Below are positions 58,206 through 64,000 of a stretch of DNA of 64,000 nucleotides, in pieces. The notes below the pieces were generated by a model. That model did no database searches and had not been told where the DNA came from. It saw only the letters and a program-made list of their open reading frames with translations. Location of the stretch: NCBI GenBank assembly GCA_013002165.1, contig JABDKO010000076.1, positions 8-64,007 of the forward strand, read 5' to 3'. Made by a program: the position numbers and the translations under genes. This DNA comes from Rhodothermales bacterium (GTDB taxonomy: Bacteria; Bacteroidota; Rhodothermia; Rhodothermales; JABDKH01). Numbering within the stretch: position 1 is the first letter of the stretch; each line of letters begins with the position of its first letter.

Positions 58206-59488
58206 GCCAGAATCCCTCGGACCCTTTCGACTCCTTTAACCAATGCATCAATCTCGGATCGTGTATTATACATACCGAACGATGCGCGAATAGTACCCGG
58301 TATCTTGAAGCGATTCATCAGTGGCATTGCGCAATGGTGGCCCGTGCGTACAGCAATTCCCATCCTGTCAAGGAAGGTCCCTGCATCGTATGGGTGAATA
58401 TCACCAACAAGAAAAGAGATAACACTGGCCCGCGGGCAGCCATCTCCAATAATCCGCATACCAGGTATCGATCCAAGGGCATCAAGTCCGTACTCAATAA
58501 GCCCCTGTTCGTGTTTGCGGACCGCGTCCATGCCGATTTCGTTGAGATAATCAATGGCCGCGGCAAACGCAATCGCACCCGCAATGTTTGGTGTCCCAGC
58601 TTCGAACTTGAACGGCAGCGTATTGTATGTCGTTTTCTCGAACGAGACTGTTTCAATCATGTCTCCGCCGCCCTGATACGGCGGAAGCATCTCCAGCAGA
58701 TCTTTCTTGCCGTAGAGTACTCCGAATCCCGTCGGCCCGTAGACCTTATGGCTTGAGAAGGCAAAGAAATCTGCATCGAGTGCTACGACATCAACGGATT
58801 CATGAGGGACCGCCTGAGCTCCATCTACCATAACCAATGCTTCAGCACTGTGGGCGAGGTCTATGATGGCTTTGAGAGGATGGATCGTCCCTATCGCGTT
58901 CGAGGTATGACCGATGGACACAAGCCGTGTCTTCTCGGTTAACAGAGACTCGTAATGTTCAAGGTCTAGCGTGCCGTCAGGTAGAACGTCAATGACTTTT
59001 AGAATTGCGCCCGTGTATTCGCACGCCATCTGCCAGGGAACGATGTTTGAATGATGTTCCATTCCGGAGATGACGATCTCATCTCCCGGCCGCAGGATGC
59101 CCCGGGAAAGTGCGGTTGCGACGAGGTTAATTCCACCGGTCGTGCCGGTAGTGAAAACAACCTCCTGTTCGCTTGCCGCATTGATGAACTTCTTGATGGT
59201 CCCACGTGCCGCTTCGAAGGCGTCGGAGGCCTCCTGGCTTAGAGTATGGATACCGCGATGGACATTTGCGTTCTGCTCAGAGTAGAATCGAGTCAACGTC
59301 TGAATTACCGACGCAGGTTTTTGCGTGGTAGCGGCATTATCGAAATAGACTAGATCCTGGTCATGGATTTTCCTTGAGAGGATCGGGAAATCATTCCTCA
59401 CGCTCTCGACATCATAGTTGATGTCTGATAACTCAGAGATATTACTTTTTACGACATGATCCATTGTTGGATTTTGTAACTCCGACAT
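58202..59488 (-). CDS. sufS: Cysteine desulfurase SufS
   Basis: DNAATTQKP, EHHSN, DGAQ, SSHK, FEAGT and RTGHHCA. Confidence 0.97.
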   Translation of the reverse strand: MSELQNPTMDHVVKSNISELSDINYDVESVRNDFPILSRKIHDQDLVYFDNAATTQKPASVIQTLTRFYSEQNANVHRGIHTLSQEASDAFEAARGTIKKFINAASEQEVVFTTGTTGGINLVATALSRGILRPGDEIVISGMEHHSNIVPWQMACEYTGAILKVIDVLPDGTLDLEHYESLLTEKTRLVSIGHTSNAIGTIHPLKAIIDLAHSAEALVMVDGAQAVPHESVDVVALDADFFAFSSHKVYGPTGFGVLYGKKDLLEMLPPYQGGGDMIETVSFEKTTYNTLPFKFEAGTPNIAGAIAFAAAIDYLNEIGMDAVRKHEQGLIEYGLDALGSIPGMRIIGDGCPRASVISFLVGDIHPYDAGTFLDRMGIAVRTGHHCAMPLMNRFKIPGTIRASFGMYNTRSEIDALVKGVERVRGILA

Positions 59489-59489
59489 T

Positions 59490-60806
59490 TCAAAGGACTC
59501 TTCGATTGAGTTCGTCCGTCAAGTATTCTCTCACTACAGGATTCGCTACCGATTCAACAACCTCTCGCGCGAATGCGCCAAGAAGTAGTGCACGTGCACG
59601 TTCCTCACTGAGGCCGCGTGACTGCAGATAGAACATACTCTCAGGCTCAAGACGCCCGGTGGTCGCACCGTGACTACACTTGACATCATCAGCATAAATC
59701 TCCAGTTCCGGTTTCGAGTACATGTGCGCTGAATCCGAAACCACAATGCTCCTGTTCGACTGATAAGCATTGGTTCGCTGTGCGTCGCGTCGGACAAGTA
59801 CTTTTCCGTTAAATACGCCGGTCGAGTTATCGTATAAAACGCCCTTGAATGTCTCGTTACTGTAGCAGTCCGGCATGGCGTGGTCGACAATGCTGTGATT
59901 GTCGATCTGATTGTCACCACGCCCGATGAAGAAACCATTCAGGTGGGTTTCGCAGTGCGAATCTAGATGTCTGAAATTGAGGTTGTTGCGAATAAGTTTT
60001 CCAGAGAGGGAGAGTGTCAGATCGTAAACATAACTGTCTCGTTCCTGGACCGAATACAGACTGGTGACAGTTGAGGAATCCACATTCTCATCCTGCACTC
60101 GAATTATCGAGAGACGGGAGCTCTTACCGGTGTACGTTTCTATTACCCGGTTCGAGACAGTAGCAGAGTCCGTGGCCGACACCAGGCGTTCAATCACACT
60201 GAGCGATGCCGCCTCTTCAACGACGAACAATGTCCTTGGTTGAATGAATGACGATTCAGTGGAAGAAACAACATGAACAACCTGGAGGGTTTCCGCGACC
60301 TCGATTCCTTTCGGCACAAACACAAACAGACCGCCATGGACAAATGCTGTGTTGAGAACGGCAAGACCCTCCGTTTCGTTTACATACTTGCCAAAATGAG
60401 AATCAAAAACCGACCTATGTTTTTCGGCTGCGTCCTGAAGTGTCGTGACAACAACCCCGTTCGGAAGGTTGGATAGATTAGAGCTATCCAGGTCAAGCAC
60501 TCCGTTGTTCACTACGACGAAGGGCGAGTCCAGTCCGGGTATAAGCGATTCATTGACAAGACGAGGCTTGACTTTGTGAGTGTCGAACGACAATCGCGCA
60601 GCAAGTTCTTTGGTCAGAACTGCATTAATATTGGTGTACTTCCACGCCTCGGACTTTCGAGCAGGCAGTCCGACATTGGCAAAGGTATTTATTGCATTTT
60701 GGCGTAGACCGACAAGGGATGCACTATTACCGTTCAACGCCTGACCGACCATCGTTCGGTGCAGACTGACGAAAGCACTTTCCGTTTCTGAGAGTTTTTC
60801 TGACAT
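59490..60806 (-). CDS. sufD: Fe-S cluster assembly protein SufD
   Basis: EAWKYT, FNGKV, KPELEIYADDVKCSHGAT and FYLQSRG; start at ATG 60806. Confidence 0.95.
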   Translation of the reverse strand: MSEKLSETESAFVSLHRTMVGQALNGNSASLVGLRQNAINTFANVGLPARKSEAWKYTNINAVLTKELAARLSFDTHKVKPRLVNESLIPGLDSPFVVVNNGVLDLDSSNLSNLPNGVVVTTLQDAAEKHRSVFDSHFGKYVNETEGLAVLNTAFVHGGLFVFVPKGIEVAETLQVVHVVSSTESSFIQPRTLFVVEEAASLSVIERLVSATDSATVSNRVIETYTGKSSRLSIIRVQDENVDSSTVTSLYSVQERDSYVYDLTLSLSGKLIRNNLNFRHLDSHCETHLNGFFIGRGDNQIDNHSIVDHAMPDCYSNETFKGVLYDNSTGVFNGKVLVRRDAQRTNAYQSNRSIVVSDSAHMYSKPELEIYADDVKCSHGATTGRLEPESMFYLQSRGLSEERARALLLGAFAREVVESVANPVVREYLTDELNRRVL

Positions 60807-60831
60807 ATGTGTTAGTCCTGAGACAGTACTA

Positions 60832-61602
60832 TTAAGCGGTTGTCGGTTCCGAGAGTTCAATTTCGGATTTCAGCCAGTCGTATCCTTTTTCCTCCAGTTG
60901 GAGTGCCAGGTCCTTCGTTCCCGACTTAACGATGCGCCCATTCAGAAGAACGTGGACCACGTCAGGTACGATATAATTCAACAGGCGCTGGTAGTGTGTG
61001 ATCACAACAAACGAGCGATTTTCATCCCGTAATTTATTGACGCCGTCAGCTACAATGCGTAGCGCATCAATGTCGAGACCGGAGTCCGTTTCATCCAGGA
61101 TCGCGAGGGTCGGGTCCAGCATTGCGAGTTGGAAAATCTCATTACGTTTCTTTTCGCCTCCGGAGAATCCCTCGTTAACGGATCGTCTTTTCAGGTCGGG
61201 ATTAAGGTCGACAAGTGCCGCTTTCTCTTTCATATCCTTCAGGAATTCGGCGGAAGAGAGTGGCGGTAGGCCCCGGTGTTCACGGACTGAGTTGACAGCT
61301 TCTTTCAGGAAGTTTGACATACTCACTCCGGGAAGTTCTACCGGATACTGAAATGCCAGAAATAAACCTTCGCGGGCACGTTCATCCGGTCCCAGCTCTA
61401 GAAGATCCTGGCCTTTGAAAGTAATCTCTCCTTCAAGGACTTCGTACTCTTCTCGACCCGCCAGGACAGATGCGAGCGTACTCTTGCCCGAACCGTTGGG
61501 TCCCATTATGGCGTGAATCATACCGGGCTCGACGTCCAGATCAAGACCATTGAGGATTTTGTTTCCTTCAATCTGGACGTGCAGATTTTTAATAGACAGC
61601 AT
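60832..61602 (-). CDS. sufC: Fe-S cluster assembly ATPase SufC
   Basis: GPNGSGKST, FQYPVE, GFSGGEKKRNE, LDETDSGLD and ITHY. Confidence 0.97.
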   Translation of the reverse strand: MLSIKNLHVQIEGNKILNGLDLDVEPGMIHAIMGPNGSGKSTLASVLAGREEYEVLEGEITFKGQDLLELGPDERAREGLFLAFQYPVELPGVSMSNFLKEAVNSVREHRGLPPLSSAEFLKDMKEKAALVDLNPDLKRRSVNEGFSGGEKKRNEIFQLAMLDPTLAILDETDSGLDIDALRIVADGVNKLRDENRSFVVITHYQRLLNYIVPDVVHVLLNGRIVKSGTKDLALQLEEKGYDWLKSEIELSEPTTA

Positions 61603-61649
61603 TAGTGTTTTTGAATCGATTGGTTATTAATCACACTCGCAGGCGACGA

Positions 61650-63104
61650 CTATCCTACGCTTCCTTCGAGTTCTATCGCGAGAAGCTTCTGAGCCTCCAC
61701 AGCGAACTCCATTGGCAGTTCAGCAAGAATCTCTTTGCAGAACCCGTTCACGATAAGTTTGACTGCTTCAGCCTCCCCTATACCTCGCGAGTTACAATAG
61801 AATATCTGGTCCTCACCGACTTTTGAGGTCGTTGCTTCATGCTCGACCTGCGCAGTTGAGTTATCAATTTCGATGTACGGAAATGTATGCGCACCGCATC
61901 GATCGCCGAGGAGCAGGGAATCGCACTGGGAAAAATTACGTGCTCCTTGAGCTTTCTTATTGATCTTGACCAGGCCGCGGTAACTGTTGTTACTTTCACC
62001 GGCAGAGATACCTTTTGAAATGATTGTGCTACTCGAATTCTTTCCGAGATGAATCATTTTCGTTCCGGTGTCGGCCTGCTGCTTGTTCTTAGTGAATGCG
62101 ACTGAGTAGAATTCGCCGGTAGTATTATCACCTTTCAGGATGACGCTCGGGTACTTCCACGTAATCGAACTGCCCGTTTCAAGCTGAGTCCATGAGATCT
62201 TGGCGTTGTCACCCTCACAGATGCCGCGCTTGGTGACAAAGTTGTAGATGCCACCTTTACCGTTTTTATCTCCCGGGTACCAATTTTGAATGGTAGAGTA
62301 TTTGACCTCCGCATCTTCCATGGCAATGATCTCAACGACCGCGGCATGCAGCTGATTCTCATCGCGCATTGGCGCAGTACAGCCCTCGAGATAACTCACA
62401 TAGCTGCCTTTTTCAGCAACGATCAACGTGCGCTCAAACTGACCCGTTCCAGCTTCGTTTATTCTGAAGTAGGTGCTAAGCTCCATCGGACACCGGACGC
62501 CTTCAGGAATGTAGCAGAACGAGCCGTCGCTGAACACGGCCGAGTTCAGGCACGCGTAGAAATTGTCCGAGTAGGGGACGACGCTGCCGATGTACTTCTT
62601 GACGAGCTCAGGATGTTTCTCGATTGCTTCACCGAACGAGCAAAAAATGATGCCCTGTTTCTCGAGTTCATCTTTAAATGTGGTAGCAACGGAGACACTA
62701 TCCATCACAATATCTACCGCCACGCCGGTTAATCGCTTCTGCTCCTGGAGGGAAATACCTAGCCGATCGAACGTACGTAGCAGTTCAGGGTCAACTTCGT
62801 CCAGGCTCTCATACTTCGGCTTGCTGTTGGGCGCCGAGTAGTAGCTTACATCCTGGAAGTCGATGTCCGGATAATCAAGGTGTGCCCAACGCGGATACGC
62901 TTCTTTTTCGGCAAGTTTCTGCCAGTGCCGAAACGCACGAAGCCTCCAGTCCAACATCCATTCAGGTTCTCCCTTTTTGGACGAAATCAGGCGTACCGTG
63001 TCCTCGGAAAGTCCCTTTGGAGCCGTATCTGCATCTATCTCGGTAACAAAGCCATACTCGTATTCGCTATCAGCAACACTTTGCAGGTATTTAGTCTCAT
63101 CCAT
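61650..63104 (-). CDS. sufB: Fe-S cluster assembly protein SufB
   Basis: [34 protein letters not shown] and EHEATTS; start at ATG 63104; normal length with no intein. Confidence 0.97.
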   Translation of the reverse strand: MDETKYLQSVADSEYEYGFVTEIDADTAPKGLSEDTVRLISSKKGEPEWMLDWRLRAFRHWQKLAEKEAYPRWAHLDYPDIDFQDVSYYSAPNSKPKYESLDEVDPELLRTFDRLGISLQEQKRLTGVAVDIVMDSVSVATTFKDELEKQGIIFCSFGEAIEKHPELVKKYIGSVVPYSDNFYACLNSAVFSDGSFCYIPEGVRCPMELSTYFRINEAGTGQFERTLIVAEKGSYVSYLEGCTAPMRDENQLHAAVVEIIAMEDAEVKYSTIQNWYPGDKNGKGGIYNFVTKRGICEGDNAKISWTQLETGSSITWKYPSVILKGDNTTGEFYSVAFTKNKQQADTGTKMIHLGKNSSSTIISKGISAGESNNSYRGLVKINKKAQGARNFSQCDSLLLGDRCGAHTFPYIEIDNSTAQVEHEATTSKVGEDQIFYCNSRGIGEAEAVKLIVNGFCKEILAELPMEFAVEAQKLLAIELEGSVG

Positions 63105-63296
63105 ATCGTTAAAAGGAGGTAAGGCGGAAAAGTCTATTTCGAGCTTAAAGTAGCGATTATTTCGCTTATTTAGATTCAGTCTACGTTCAGAATCGACTAT
63201 GGCTCCCGGATACACCGCAAATTCACCACCTGAATCGATGTCGAAACCTGTACTTATTGCCGGCGTTCTGCGACTATATAATCACGGTTCAACTAT

Positions 63297-63629
63297 ATGT
63301 CTATATCCATCACTGATCGTGCGATAAACAGATTGAAATCTGTCGCTAGCTCGGAAGGCGTTAATACCGAAACGTCCGTTCTGCGAGTAGCGGTCAAGCC
63401 CGGTGGCTGCTCAGGTCTGACATATGATTTGGGATGGGACACGACCGTACTGGATTCGGATGTCGTTACCATGATTGGTGAGATCCGAATTGTGGTGGAT
63501 CCACGAAGCGATGTGTACATCGATGGTACCGAACTCGACTTTACCGATGGATTGGAGGGTCAAGGTTTTCATTTCCAGAACCCCCAGGCGGCACGGACCT
63601 GTGCCTGCGGTGAATCGTTCGGCCTTTAG
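63297..63629 (+). CDS. A-type Fe-S carrier protein (IscA/SufA/ErpA family)
   Basis: GGCSG and CACGESF. Confidence 0.95.
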   Translation: MSISITDRAINRLKSVASSEGVNTETSVLRVAVKPGGCSGLTYDLGWDTTVLDSDVVTMIGEIRIVVDPRSDVYIDGTELDFTDGLEGQGFHFQNPQAARTCACGESFGL

Positions 63630-64000
63630 AAAAGCGACGTACCCAGTTTAGTAGTGAGAAGTTCGAGAGCGCGAGTTCCGCAATATGAGTTGCCGGATTT
63701 GTTGAGCGCCGGTGACCAGACCGTCGTTACAAACTGACCTGGCATGACGGCGATGATTCCACCACCGACGCCACTTTTTGCAGGAAGGCCCACACGGTAT
63801 GCGTAATCGCCCGCTTCGTCATATACACCACATGTTAGCATCACGGCATTGATGCGCTTGACCTGTCGAGGTGAGGTTACTACTTTGCCGGACAGGGAAA
63901 ATCCACCAGTTGCCAGATACACGAACGCGGCGCAGAGCTCGTCGCACGTCATTGACAGCGAACTAAGTTTGCAGTGCAAGTCGACGACTTCATCCGGATC
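63626..64000 (-). CDS. glsA: Glutaminase (C-terminal part; 5' end outside the window)
   Basis: MLTCGVYD, VGLPAKSGVGGGI and WSPALNKSGNS; frame stays open to position 64000. Confidence 0.93.
   Translation of the reverse strand, partial: DPDEVVDLHCKLSSLSMTCDELCAAFVYLATGGFSLSGKVVTSPRQVKRINAVMLTCGVYDEAGDYAYRVGLPAKSGVGGGIIAVMPGQFVTTVWSPALNKSGNSYCGTRALELLTTKLGTSLF

Noticed and set aside
61650-63104. Intein in SufB
   Set aside because: Length is normal and the conserved motifs are contiguous.
63111-63120. AAAAGGAGGT on the + strand next to the sufB start (reads as anti-SD ACCTCCTTTT on the sufB mRNA)
   Set aside because: No suitable + strand start follows it; most simply a pyrimidine-rich leader and not evidence of an rRNA fragment or regulation.

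Overview
A dense, mostly housekeeping bacterial chromosome segment with about 55 CDS. I found no rRNA, tRNA, CRISPR, integrase or transposase. Gene content points to the FCB group, most likely Rhodothermota (inference): a T9SS C-terminal sorting domain, a fused E1 alpha/beta 2-oxoacid dehydrogenase, a secD-secF-STAS-purA layout, a PilB/GspE ATPase and sigma28-like promoters. Recognisable genes include a DEAD helicase, Wzi and a WcaJ-like transferase, bcp, gatB, tpiA, rlmN, ctaA/ctaB, secD/secF, purA, a metal-type TonB-dependent receptor locus, msrB, hmgA/hppD, acuI, pilB, HU, modAB, a full SUF operon, an A-type Fe-S carrier and a partial glutaminase. The most interesting signals are regulatory. 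(1) A signal-peptide-bearing 178-aa ORF ending in ...NPQGP-stop lies 94 nt upstream of secD, the layout of secretion-monitoring ribosome-arrest peptides but with an unfamiliar motif. (2) A His-rich CxxC/RGPP leader ORF (CruR/DUF2946-like) precedes the TonB receptor, with an mRNA stem that a stalled ribosome could open. (3) Three sigma28-type promoters link a hybrid kinase, an orphan pilB and an unknown coiled-coil membrane protein. (4) A membrane-anchored protein looks like a degenerate ECF sigma fused to an anti-sigma-like domain. All calls come from reading motifs by eye; no searches were run.
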